This document shows positions 28,194 through 36,893 of a DNA stretch of 64,000 nt, one piece after another. The stretch comes from an uncultured Spirochaetota bacterium (lineage in GTDB: Bacteria > Spirochaetota > Spirochaetia > SZUA-6 > Fen-1364). The stretch lies in NCBI GenBank assembly GCA_963845535.1, contig CAWJSK010000001.1:32001-96000 (forward strand), given 5' to 3'. The translations under genes were made by a program, and so were the position numbers. The notes under the pieces are model-generated. The model was not told the DNA's origin. It ran no database searches and saw only the letters and a program-made list of their open reading frames with translations. Within the stretch, counting starts at the first letter, position 1; every line of letters begins with the position of its first letter.

Positions 28194-29218
28194 GCGTAGA
28201 CGTCCTGGTACAGCGCCGACGGGTCGGGCTCCGGGCTTTCTTCCGCGAAGCGGACCGCTTCGTCACACACTGCCTTGAACTCGGCGTCCATGGCCGTGAA
28301 GTCCGCGTCGGAGAAGATGCCGGACTCCGTCATGCGGGACCTTTGGATGAGGATGGGGTCCTGTTTTTTGTACGATTCCAGCTCTTCGGGGGTCCGGTAT
28401 TTCGCCGGGTCGCTCATGGAGTGCCCGCGATAGCGGTACGTGAGGACCTCCAGGAAAATGGGCGTTGACTCCGAACGGGCGCGTTCGGCGGCCGCGGTCA
28501 CCTCGCGGTTCACTTCCAGCACGTCCATGCCGTTCACCTGGCTTCCCGGGATACCGTAGGAGGACCCCATGACCGCGAAGTCCGTGACGGAGGAGACGCG
28601 GCGGAAGTCCGTTCCCATGCCGTAGTGGTTGTTCTCACAGATATAGACGATGGGGAGGTTATAGATCTTTGCCATGTTGAGGCTCTCATGGAAGGACCCC
28701 TGGTGGATTGCCCCGTCGCCGAACCAGCAGAGAACGACGCCGCCTTCCTTGCGGTAGCGGATCTTCATGGCAACGCCCGTTGCAACGGGGATCTGGGCGC
28801 CGACAATGCCGTTGCCTCCGTACATGTGCCGGCCGGCGTCGAAGAAGTGCATGGACCCGCCCTTGCCCCGCGAAACGCCGGTGGCCTTGCCGAACAGCTC
28901 CGCCATCAACAGGCGCGGCTCCATCCCGCAGGCAAGGGCGTAGCCATGGTCCCGGTAGGCGGCAACGACGTAGTCCTTGGCCAGGTCGATGGCCGCAATG
29001 GCCCCGACGGCAACGGCCTCCTGGCCGATGTAGAGGTGACAGAACCCGCCGATCTTCTTCAGGCCGTACATCTGGGCGGCCCGTTCCTCGAACCGCCGGA
29101 TGAGGAGCATCTTGCGCAGAAGCTCGATCTGGAACGCGGCGTCACCCCCCCGTACCCCTTCAGCGCCGTTGTCGGATGTCGCGGGCGCGCCCACGCGCGC
29201 ACCCTTCGTGCCTGCCAT
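28190..29218 (-). CDS. pdhA: Pyruvate dehydrogenase E1 alpha
   Basis: GFCHLYIGQEA, GKGGSMH, GDGA..QG, ENN, YRYRGHSMSDP. Confidence 0.96.
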   Translation of the reverse strand: MAGTKGARVGAPATSDNGAEGVRGGDAAFQIELLRKMLLIRRFEERAAQMYGLKKIGGFCHLYIGQEAVAVGAIAAIDLAKDYVVAAYRDHGYALACGMEPRLLMAELFGKATGVSRGKGGSMHFFDAGRHMYGGNGIVGAQIPVATGVAMKIRYRKEGGVVLCWFGDGAIHQGSFHESLNMAKIYNLPIVYICENNHYGMGTDFRRVSSVTDFAVMGSSYGIPGSQVNGMDVLEVNREVTAAAERARSESTPIFLEVLTYRYRGHSMSDPAKYRTPEELESYKKQDPILIQRSRMTESGIFSDADFTAMDAEFKAVCDEAVRFAEESPEPDPSALYQDVYA

Positions 29219-29238
29219 TGCCCGGTTCGCTCCTTCCG

Positions 29239-29676
29239 CTAGAAATGGACGACTTCCTTCCTGCCCTCCATGGGCAGGAAGCGCGTGGCATGCTCCACGA
29301 CCGTCTCCAGGACAGCGACGTCCCGGTCGTCATGCGCAAGTTTCCAGAACGTCCGCAGGCGCGGGCCAATGACCTCCAGGACTTCCGCCCTGAGGGAGGG
29401 ATTTTCCACCACGTTGATGGCGCCCCGGATGCTCACCACCTCGTCCAGGGACGGGGTCTGGAACATCCACTCCACCTGGGGGTGGGATTTGACCTGCGCC
29501 ACCTTTGCAAACTTTCCGGCGGTGATGGCGTAGATGGCCCCGGGCCTGTCGCGCAGGACCGCGGGGGTGAGCCAGCGGATGTGGGGTTTGCCCTCGTCAT
29601 CCACAGTGGCCAGAAGGCCGGTCTTGTGGGCCTCTATAATCTCCTCTACCCTGTTCATCACCTGACGGCTGTCCAT
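29239..29676 (-). CDS. Pyridoxamine 5'-phosphate oxidase-like FMN-binding split-barrel protein
   Basis: LATVDDEGKPHIR, KVAQVKSHPQV, IRG pattern. Confidence 0.8.
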   Translation of the reverse strand: MDSRQVMNRVEEIIEAHKTGLLATVDDEGKPHIRWLTPAVLRDRPGAIYAITAGKFAKVAQVKSHPQVEWMFQTPSLDEVVSIRGAINVVENPSLRAEVLEVIGPRLRTFWKLAHDDRDVAVLETVVEHATRFLPMEGRKEVVHF

Positions 29677-29715
29677 ATGCTAGTGAAGATAGAGAAAAGC
29701 CGAAGCGCTTTCAAG

Positions 29716-29785
29716 CATAGCCATGGATGGCGGAGGTCGGCCGAGCACACGGATGTGCGGAAGGCCGACCATAGCCATGGATGGC
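29716..29785. repeat. REP-like palindromic cluster
   Basis: 16-nt direct repeat CATAGCCATGGATGGC at 29716 and 29770 flanking the hairpin GGTCGGCC-GA-GCACA-CGGA-TGTGC-GGAA-GGCCGACC. Confidence 0.7.
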
Positions 29786-29816
29786 CAAAAGCACATTTTC
29801 GACTATAGTAGCTTCC

Positions 29817-31496
29817 GTGCAAAAGAAGCCCTTCATCTGGGAGACGCACGGCATCCACGTGGGGACGGGCGGGGACCACGTGACCCATGGCATTGACGAC
29901 CTGGACAGCATCGTCGAACAGGCCGTCGGAATGGGCTTTCCTTCCCTGACCTTCATCATCCACAGCCCGCGGCTTACGCGCTTCCGTTACGCAAGCGAAC
30001 GCGCCACGGACGTGAAGTTCATCCGGGGTGATGCCTCCTATTTCAGCTATACCGACACCATTGCGCGGCTTCGCGAACGCCATGGGGCGCGCATCGACAT
30101 CCGCTACGGGGTGGAGCTGGAGTGGCTGGGCACCGGCCTCGGGATGCATTGGAGCAGGGCCAAGCTGTTCCAGGCGCACGGCGCGGACTTTGTGGTGAGC
30201 TCCGTTCATTTCGCCCCCAACGGCGTCCCGTACGACGGCTCCCCGGAGGACACCGAGCGGCTCATCAGGGAGCGCGGCGGCGTGGAGCAGCTTTGGGCAG
30301 GCTACTTTGATGAAGTGATCGAGATGGTGGACGCATCATGGCAATTCACCTCCGCGGTGGGCCACCTCGACCTGCCGAAGCTTTACGCGCCGCTTCCCTC
30401 ATGCCTCGCGGAGGATAACGGCGCAGACACGGAGACCGAGCGCCGCCTGTCCACGCTGCTGGAGATGATTGCCGAGCACAACCTTGCCCTGGACGTGAAC
30501 CTTGCCGGCCTGCGCAAGGGGGTCGGCATCTATCCGCACCCCAAGATTCTGCAAAGGGCGTATACGCTCGGCATTTCGATTGCCATCGGGACCGACACGC
30601 ATGATCCAGCGGACCTCGGCAAGGACTATGACGCGGGCCTGGAAGCGGTCAGGGCCGCGGGGTATCGATATTACGTCTCCTTCTCCCGTGGCATTCCCGA
30701 GAAGCGGCCGCTCTCCCACGGTCTCGAAGGTCCCTTCAAGGTGCTGAACCTGGGGATGGAGATCCTCAACCACCGTCTGGCCAGAGAGAAAAGGTTGGAG
30801 ATCCCTCGGCTCTCTTTCGGCGGCGACTTTCGATCTCTCGCGAAAGTGTTTCCCGAGTCATCGTCCCTGGGATCATTTCATGCCGTGCGCGTGCGCAAGG
30901 AGGAACGGTCCGTCACCATCAGTGATCGGCTTCCCGCCTACGCGGGGGGAGAGACGACGTATCTTTTCTCCCACCATCGGGACCTGCCCGGGACGCTCGC
31001 CCTCTTGTTGAACACGCTGGCCTCGGAGGAGATCAATATCGAGACGGTCTGGCTGAACTCCCTGGAGGACGGCACTGCCACGGCATACCTCACGGTGGAC
31101 GGGACTCCGGAGGCCATCCGCGAAGCAGTCGAGTTCGTGCTGGGAACTGCGGGGGACAGGTTCCTCCAGATCGACACAGACGTGCGGGTACGGCTTCCTC
31201 CGGTAAAAAAAGCCGCCATCTACCTCCTTGAGGTGGACGGGGTCTGGCTGCCCATGCCCGTCTCCCGCCAGATGATCATCACCGTTCATGGCAACAGGCC
31301 CGGCGTCCTGCTCGTCCTCCTCTCGGCGCTTGCGTCCCGCAACGTCAACGTCGTGGACCTTCAGCTCGGCGCGAGGGGAGAAAAAGGGTTTGCCGCCCTC
31401 GGGGTGCAGGGGGATGAAAGAATCGTTGCTGAGGTTTTGACGCAGCTCGGTCCTTCGTACCTTGAAGCATCGCAAATCATTCTGGGAGGTTTTTGA
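29817..31496 (+). CDS. PHP-domain (HisJ-like) phosphatase fused to two ACT domains
   Basis: THGIH, IIHSP, GVELEW, SSVH, GHLD, GTDTH PHP motifs; HRDLPG..L..INI and HGNRPG..L..VNV ACT motifs; start GTG 29817 (alternative 29781). Confidence 0.8.
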   Translation: MQKKPFIWETHGIHVGTGGDHVTHGIDDLDSIVEQAVGMGFPSLTFIIHSPRLTRFRYASERATDVKFIRGDASYFSYTDTIARLRERHGARIDIRYGVELEWLGTGLGMHWSRAKLFQAHGADFVVSSVHFAPNGVPYDGSPEDTERLIRERGGVEQLWAGYFDEVIEMVDASWQFTSAVGHLDLPKLYAPLPSCLAEDNGADTETERRLSTLLEMIAEHNLALDVNLAGLRKGVGIYPHPKILQRAYTLGISIAIGTDTHDPADLGKDYDAGLEAVRAAGYRYYVSFSRGIPEKRPLSHGLEGPFKVLNLGMEILNHRLAREKRLEIPRLSFGGDFRSLAKVFPESSSLGSFHAVRVRKEERSVTISDRLPAYAGGETTYLFSHHRDLPGTLALLLNTLASEEINIETVWLNSLEDGTATAYLTVDGTPEAIREAVEFVLGTAGDRFLQIDTDVRVRLPPVKKAAIYLLEVDGVWLPMPVSRQMIITVHGNRPGVLLVLLSALASRNVNVVDLQLGARGEKGFAALGVQGDERIVAEVLTQLGPSYLEASQIILGGF

Positions 31497-32497
31497 TGAC
31501 CGTAAGCTCTTTGTGCCGGGCGGCCCTGCGCCTCCTGCCGCTCGCCGTTGTCGCCATGCCCGTTATCGCCCAGGATCAGGAGCTGCCGGACGGGCTGTAT
31601 GCCGAGATCACGACGGAGCGCGGCACCATTGTGTGCTCCCTGGAGTATCAGAAGGCGCCAATGACGGTGTCGAGCTTCGTCGGCCTTGCCGAGGGGACAA
31701 TCCCCGCCAACGGCGCTACTGGCAAGAAGTTCTTCGACGGCCTCACTTTTCACAGGGTTGAGCCCGGCTTCGTCATCCAGGGCGGAGACCCCAACGGTGA
31801 CGGGACCGGCGGGCCCGGCTACGAGTTTCCCAACGAGATTCGCCCTGACTTGAGGCATGACCGTGCCGGCACCCTTTCCATGGCGAACGCGGGACCGGAC
31901 ACGAACGGGAGCCAGTTCTTCATCACGCTTCGCCAGACGCCGAACCTCGACGGAGGCTACAACGTCTTCGGATACGTTGTGAAAGGGATGGACGTGGTGA
32001 ACGCAATCAAGAAAGGCGACAGGATCACCGGCGTGCGCATCCTGCGCGTGGGCGACGCCGCGAAGGCGTTCGTCGTGACCCCGGAGAGCTTCAACGCCCT
32101 GGTGGCCAAGGCAGAGGAATCCGAGCGCACCGCGGAGCTCGCGCTGATCCAGAAGAAATGGCCCCATCTCACCATGACAAAATCCGGGCTCATGTACGAG
32201 GTGCTGGAGAAGGGGTCGGGGGGAAGCCCGCCGGCGGGGTCCACGGTCAGTGTGAAATACACCGGCATGCTTCTGGACGGCAAGGTGTTCGACAGCACGG
32301 AGGCCCGCGGCGCACCGGCCGTCCTGCGCGTGGACAGGGTCATCAAGGGATGGACCGAGGCGCTGCTTGCCATGAAGAGGGGAGAGCGACGGATGCTTGT
32401 CATCCCCCCGGAGCTGGCGTACGGGGAAAGGGGCTACCCCGGGGTCATCCCGCCGAACTCCTTCCTGGTGTTCGACGTGCAGCTCATAGATTTCTGA
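31496..32497 (+). CDS. Exported cyclophilin + FKBP dual peptidyl-prolyl isomerase
   Basis: FHRV, QGGDP, SMANAG, NGSQFFI (cyclophilin); YTG.L.DG.VFDS, VIKGW, LAYG, IPPNS (FKBP); signal peptide. Confidence 0.93.
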   Translation: MTVSSLCRAALRLLPLAVVAMPVIAQDQELPDGLYAEITTERGTIVCSLEYQKAPMTVSSFVGLAEGTIPANGATGKKFFDGLTFHRVEPGFVIQGGDPNGDGTGGPGYEFPNEIRPDLRHDRAGTLSMANAGPDTNGSQFFITLRQTPNLDGGYNVFGYVVKGMDVVNAIKKGDRITGVRILRVGDAAKAFVVTPESFNALVAKAEESERTAELALIQKKWPHLTMTKSGLMYEVLEKGSGGSPPAGSTVSVKYTGMLLDGKVFDSTEARGAPAVLRVDRVIKGWTEALLAMKRGERRMLVIPPELAYGERGYPGVIPPNSFLVFDVQLIDF

Positions 32498-32512
32498 ACG
32501 CAGAAAAAACCG

Positions 32513-32541
32513 TTGACAGAGCGCGCTTTTGCGCGTATACA
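32513..32541 (+). promoter_or_regulatory. sigma70 promoter of the trp leader and trpB2
   Basis: TTGACA-17 nt-TATACA. Confidence 0.75.
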
Positions 32542-32550
32542 GAATCCGCA

Positions 32551-32628
32551 ATGAGCAATGCGCTTTTGTCGACAGTGAACCAGAACTGGTGGTGGTGGAT
32601 CACGGGGAGGAAACCGCGGTCCGCCTGA
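32551..32628 (+). CDS. Trp attenuation leader peptide MSNALLSTVNQNWWWWITGRKPRSA
   Basis: Four consecutive TGG codons (32587-32598) in a 25-codon ORF between the promoter and trpB2. Confidence 0.88.
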   Translation: MSNALLSTVNQNWWWWITGRKPRSA

Positions 32629-32650
32629 AAGGGCGCCAGCGAAAGCTGAG

Positions 32651-32707
32651 ACCGCAGGCGGTTTCCCTCCCCCTGATCGAGAGAGGGTGGCCGCCCGCGG
32701 TTTTTTT
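32651..32707 (+). terminator. Attenuator terminator 1
   Basis: ACCGC-A-GGCGG..CCCTC / GAGGG..CCGCC-C-GCGGT long stem followed by T7. Confidence 0.7.
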
Positions 32708-32711
32708 GTCG

Positions 32712-32743
32712 AAAGACCCGGGCACAAGCCGGGTCTTTTTTTT
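32712..32743 (+). terminator. Attenuator terminator 2
   Basis: AAAGACCCGG-7 nt-CCGGGTCTTT perfect stem ending in T8. Confidence 0.8.
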
Positions 32744-32833
32744 AGCGCGGGTACTGTGGGCATTCTGGCGCGGGCCCATCCCGCAAAAAAGCGGCCGTGT
32801 GCCGCGGCGAAGTCTTTTCTCAAGGAGTCTTCC

Positions 32834-34195
32834 ATGACGGACGACAGGATCTTTCAGCTCCCCACCCGGGAGATACCCAAGAAATGGCTCAATATCCAGC
32901 CATCCCTGCCCGAGCCTGTTCCCCCCATGCTCAGCCCCGCCGACGGCAAGCCCGTTCCCCTGGAAGCGTTCACTCCCCTTTTCCCCATGGGACTGCTCGA
33001 GCAGGAAGTGTCACAGCAGCGGGAGATCAGCATCCCTGACGAAGTGCTCAGGGTGTACTCCCTGTTTCGACCAACCCCCCTCATCAGGGCCAAGTTCCTG
33101 GAGGAAGCTCTGGGCACCCCGGCCACGATCTTTTTCAAGAACGAAAGCGTGACGCCCACCGGCAGCCACAAGCCGAACACCGCCATTCCGCAGGCCTACT
33201 ACAACCAGAAAGAAGGCGTGAAGAAGCTCGTCACGGAAACCGGGGCCGGCCAATGGGGCAGCGCGCTTGCATTCGCGGGGGCGCATTTCAACCTCGAGAT
33301 CAACGTGTTCATGGTCCGCGCTTCTTTCGAGCAGAAGCCGTACCGCAAGATCATGATGGAAAGCTACGGAGCGAAGGTGCACCCCAGCCCGTCCAAGGAA
33401 ACTCAGATCGGGCGGAAGATGCAGGAGGACAAGAAGAACATGCCGGGATCCCTCGGCATCGCCATCAGCGAGGCGGTGGAAGTGGCGGCAACCTCCAAGG
33501 GCACGGTCAAATACTCACTGGGCTCCGTGCTCAACCATGTGCTCATGCACCAGACCGTGATCGGCCTCGAAGCCCGGGCTGTCCTGGAAGACCTCGGGCT
33601 CATGCCGGACATCATCATCGGCTGCCACGGCGGGGGAAGCAATTTCGGAGGCATCTGCCTTCCGTTCATGGAAGACAAGATGAGCGGGAAAAGGAACATC
33701 GAGTTCGTCGCTTCCGAGCCGCTCGCCTGTCCGTCTCTCAGCAGGGGTGTCTACGCCTACGATTTCGGAGACGCGGGAAAGCTGATCCCGCTCGCCAAGA
33801 TGTATACGCTGGGCCACGGGTTCATCCCGCCGGCTGTGCACGCGGGGGGCCTGCGCTATCACGGCGCTGCGCCCATCATATCGCTTCTCGTGGACAAGGG
33901 GCTCATCCGCGCCGAGGCGCTGCGACAGAAAGAGACGTTCGAGGCGGCGGTGCTCTTTGCCCGCACCGAGGGGATCATCCCCGCCCCCGAGTCCGCGCAC
34001 GCCATTGCGTCGGCCATCAGGGCCGCCAAGAAGTGCAAGGAGACCGGGGAGAAGAAAGTGATCCTCTTCAACCTTTCCGGGCATGGCCACTTCGACATGG
34101 GCGCCTACGAGCAGTACTTTGCCGGGAAGCTCGAAGATTACGAGTACCCCGAAGAGGAAATTCGCAAAGCGGAGCTGGAACTGCCGAAAGTCTAG
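32834..34195 (+). CDS. trpB: TrpB2 (stand-alone tryptophan synthase beta-like PLP enzyme)
   Basis: GSHKPNTA (PLP Lys), TETGAGQWG, LGSVLNHV, GGGSN, HAGGLRYHG, NLSGHG; ATG 32834 after AAGGAG. Confidence 0.93.
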   Translation: MTDDRIFQLPTREIPKKWLNIQPSLPEPVPPMLSPADGKPVPLEAFTPLFPMGLLEQEVSQQREISIPDEVLRVYSLFRPTPLIRAKFLEEALGTPATIFFKNESVTPTGSHKPNTAIPQAYYNQKEGVKKLVTETGAGQWGSALAFAGAHFNLEINVFMVRASFEQKPYRKIMMESYGAKVHPSPSKETQIGRKMQEDKKNMPGSLGIAISEAVEVAATSKGTVKYSLGSVLNHVLMHQTVIGLEARAVLEDLGLMPDIIIGCHGGGSNFGGICLPFMEDKMSGKRNIEFVASEPLACPSLSRGVYAYDFGDAGKLIPLAKMYTLGHGFIPPAVHAGGLRYHGAAPIISLLVDKGLIRAEALRQKETFEAAVLFARTEGIIPAPESAHAIASAIRAAKKCKETGEKKVILFNLSGHGHFDMGAYEQYFAGKLEDYEYPEEEIRKAELELPKV

Positions 34196-34197
34196 CC

Positions 34198-34230
34198 CGG
34201 CCGTAGCACAGCGCAGCCGTGCGAAGGCCG
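34198..34230. repeat. REP-like hairpin
   Basis: CGGCC-GTA-GCAC...GTGC-GAA-GGCCG, resembles the hairpins at 29735 and 43175. Confidence 0.5.
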
Positions 34231-34263
34231 CGCAAAGGGTTCCCGGGCAACAGCCCTGGAACC

Positions 34264-35070
34264 CTATAAGGCCCCGAACTTCTCTCTGGCCAGCTCGAAC
34301 CAGCGGTAGACTTTCTCGAACACGTCCAGGTAGTCCTGGTACTGGAGCTTCACCCGGATATAGTCGATCAGCTCCTGTGATCCCATCTTCCCGCCCTCCG
34401 TAAGGAGGGGGTTCTCCTGATGAACGCGCGCGCTGAAACGGCGGTACTCTTCGATGACCGCTTTGTCCACGGCATTTTCCGCGAGCGTCTGCAGGAAGAG
34501 CGACTCCAGGTCGATGAGCCACCCGTACACGATGGCAAGGCCGTGAATGACGCGGTACTCCTTGTCCGTGAAAATGATGAAGGGAAGCTCATTGTCGACG
34601 ATCCGCAGTTCGCGGAAGTCGAACAGCCCGTCGGGAAAAACGCCGGCCTCGAGGTTCGAAGCCTCGTCTGGCCGCGAGCCTTCGGGGGGCTCCACCTGGG
34701 CGGCAATCTCGGCCGCTTTCGCCTTCACGAACCGGTACAGCTCCTTCTGTTCCTCGTTGCTCGTCGGCGGATCCGGGAAGCGCTCGAACAGCCCGCCGCT
34801 GGAATCCTCGGAAAAGGCCTTGAGGACGCCGGAAACCGTCAGGTACGCCTTGGCGGCGTGAACCTCGAACCGCCGACCGCGGCAATGCTCGTTCACGAGA
34901 GGGAGAGCGATCTTGTAGAGGTTCTTGATGAGGCTCGTCTTCTCCATCTGGTCCTCTGATTCCCGAAAGCCACTCCAGATCTCCAGGGGCTTCACCCCGT
35001 CCACTGTCTGGAGGTCGAAAAACAGGTCCCGGATGAACTGGTCGATGCGTTCTCCGGTTTCTTTATGCAT
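34264..35070 (-). CDS. Hypothetical helical protein, last gene of the zwf operon
   Basis: 268-aa ORF with protein-like composition, start overlaps the pgl stop. Confidence 0.75.
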   Translation of the reverse strand: MHKETGERIDQFIRDLFFDLQTVDGVKPLEIWSGFRESEDQMEKTSLIKNLYKIALPLVNEHCRGRRFEVHAAKAYLTVSGVLKAFSEDSSGGLFERFPDPPTSNEEQKELYRFVKAKAAEIAAQVEPPEGSRPDEASNLEAGVFPDGLFDFRELRIVDNELPFIIFTDKEYRVIHGLAIVYGWLIDLESLFLQTLAENAVDKAVIEEYRRFSARVHQENPLLTEGGKMGSQELIDYIRVKLQYQDYLDVFEKVYRWFELAREKFGAL

Positions 35071-35833
35071 GTCTCACGTCCCTTCCAAAGTCCGCGTTTT
35101 CGGGCCCCAGGGCGTCGCGGGTCGCCATGAAAACTGTCCTGGTTCCCCTGATCCAAGCCGCGGGAGTGGCCGTATCCCCCCCGCGCGCCCTTTTCAGCGC
35201 CCGGGTTTTTTCCGTCCCCGCCACGAGGAACACCACCGTCCGCGCGGCGCTCAAGACGCCAGGGCACAGCGTAAGCCGCCAGCCCTTTGCGGTGGGCGAG
35301 TTGACGGCAGCGGCAAAACCGGGAACTTCCGGCCCTACTGCAACACTTTTCCCCGAGGAAAAGTGCACTGTGCCGTCGGGGAAAAGGGAGGCAGTGTGGC
35401 CGTCTGATCCCATTCCCAGGAAGGCGAGGTCCGCGTTTTGCCCAAGCATTGCCTCCCCGGCTTTTTGTCCGTAACGCTCGGCGCAATCCACCGGATCCCC
35501 ACGGCCAGCTTCCCAGGAGAGCACCGTGAAATTTGGAGCCCCAATGGGCCCAAGCAGGCTCCCGCGCGCCATGCCTTCATTGGATTGGGGGTCGTCCACC
35601 GGCACCCACCTCTCATCACCAAAGAGCCATAGCAATCTCCCCGTAGGGATTCTCTTCTCAACAATACCACGCGCAACGAGCCGGTACGTAGCCCTAGGAG
35701 TGTTGCCTCCGGCCAGTGCGACAATGGCGCGACCCCGTTCCCGAAGCGCTTCTTCGATTATGCCCAGGGCCATGGCGCTCGCAGCCTCCGCAAGGGCGTC
35801 CTCATCAGGATAGGCGAATGTGTCAGTGGTCAC
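35063..35833 (-). CDS. pgl: 6-phosphogluconolactonase
   Basis: LAGGNTP, GDERWV, SN, LGMGSDGHTASLFP, RLTL; GTG start 35833. Confidence 0.92.
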   Translation of the reverse strand: MTTDTFAYPDEDALAEAASAMALGIIEEALRERGRAIVALAGGNTPRATYRLVARGIVEKRIPTGRLLWLFGDERWVPVDDPQSNEGMARGSLLGPIGAPNFTVLSWEAGRGDPVDCAERYGQKAGEAMLGQNADLAFLGMGSDGHTASLFPDGTVHFSSGKSVAVGPEVPGFAAAVNSPTAKGWRLTLCPGVLSAARTVVFLVAGTEKTRALKRARGGDTATPAAWIRGTRTVFMATRDALGPENADFGRDVRHA

Positions 35834-35837
35834 GGTT

Positions 35838-36893
35838 TCAGCCCCGACCCGCGCGCTCCAGCACTTCCTGGTAGACGGGATCACGGGTCATGGAATCCAC
35901 TTCTTCGAGGAGTATCTCTCCGTCCATGGGGAACTTGTAGGCGCCGCGCTCGGACCCGTTGGATACGCAGCCGCCGTGAGTGCAGCCGATCTCGATCTGC
36001 TCCTGTCCTCCGAAGGAGAACCGAAGCCGAAAGCCCTCGGAGAGCTGGAACCCGGGCGTTGCGTGAACGAGGCGGACCTCATTGCCGCCGCGGTCCTTGC
36101 ACGGGCTGAAGCTCTTGGCCGGTTCCGCCGGCAACCATCCCATCCGTGTCGACAGCCAGGAGAAGAAGAGCAGACCGTCCGCGGCGGACCCGCCGTCCAG
36201 GGTGACGGAGCGGATCTGGGAAAGCCTGGGGCGGGTATCCGGCTGATCGAACGCGCGCGCGGTGAGCTCGCGCAGCACACGGCTTCTTCGCCACGCGAAG
36301 TCGGAGATGAAAAACGAGCCGCCCGCTTTGTCCCGCAGGGACAGCAGGCTGCGCAGGGCGGTGAAAGCGGCTCCGTGGTCATCGCCGCGGGGCGCGTTCG
36401 GTCCGCCGCGAATACTTCCCGAATCCACGATCAGCTTGTCGATGAGGCTCGCGGCCTGGAGGATGGGGGCCTGCCATGAGTCTTCGGACCCGTCCAGGCT
36501 GTCCGGCCACCATGCGAAGACGGGCAGATCGCGGATGAGAAGGGGCGCCCAGGCGCCGGGGTCCTCTCCCCGTCCGTCCACCCCGCTTTCGATGCGCACC
36601 TCCTCGAAGCACACGCCGCGGTTTCTCCGGTCCGGGAAGCAGCGTCCGCTCACGATCACGTCCGTCTCCGCGGCGTCCACGTGGTCGATGGTGATGATGC
36701 GCGCCGGCCTGCGCCCCAGCATGTACTGAAGCGATGGGGCAAGGGGATCATCCTTCTCCCGCCCCCTCCGCTCGCGGAAGATGACGAGCGTGAAAAGGTT
36801 GGTCTTGACGCCGGAGGAATACGGGTTCGACTCACGCTCGCGGATGCGGGCAATCTCGCGCTCGATGGAACGCGGGTCGAGGACGGTGCTCAC
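35838..36893 (-). CDS. opcA: Glucose-6-phosphate dehydrogenase assembly protein OpcA
   Basis: Lies between zwf and pgl; PARII, DLPVFAWW, LIVDS, DFAWRR, WL.TRMGW, RDPVY motifs; GTGA overlap with the zwf stop. Confidence 0.85.
   Translation of the reverse strand: MSTVLDPRSIEREIARIRERESNPYSSGVKTNLFTLVIFRERRGREKDDPLAPSLQYMLGRRPARIITIDHVDAAETDVIVSGRCFPDRRNRGVCFEEVRIESGVDGRGEDPGAWAPLLIRDLPVFAWWPDSLDGSEDSWQAPILQAASLIDKLIVDSGSIRGGPNAPRGDDHGAAFTALRSLLSLRDKAGGSFFISDFAWRRSRVLRELTARAFDQPDTRPRLSQIRSVTLDGGSAADGLLFFSWLSTRMGWLPAEPAKSFSPCKDRGGNEVRLVHATPGFQLSEGFRLRFSFGGQEQIEIGCTHGGCVSNGSERGAYKFPMDGEILLEEVDSMTRDPVYQEVLERAGRG

Noticed and set aside
29716..29785. Possible mini-CRISPR (two repeats with a 38-nt spacer)
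   Set aside because: Repeats are only 16 nt, there are two copies, the spacer is itself a hairpin, and no cas genes are present
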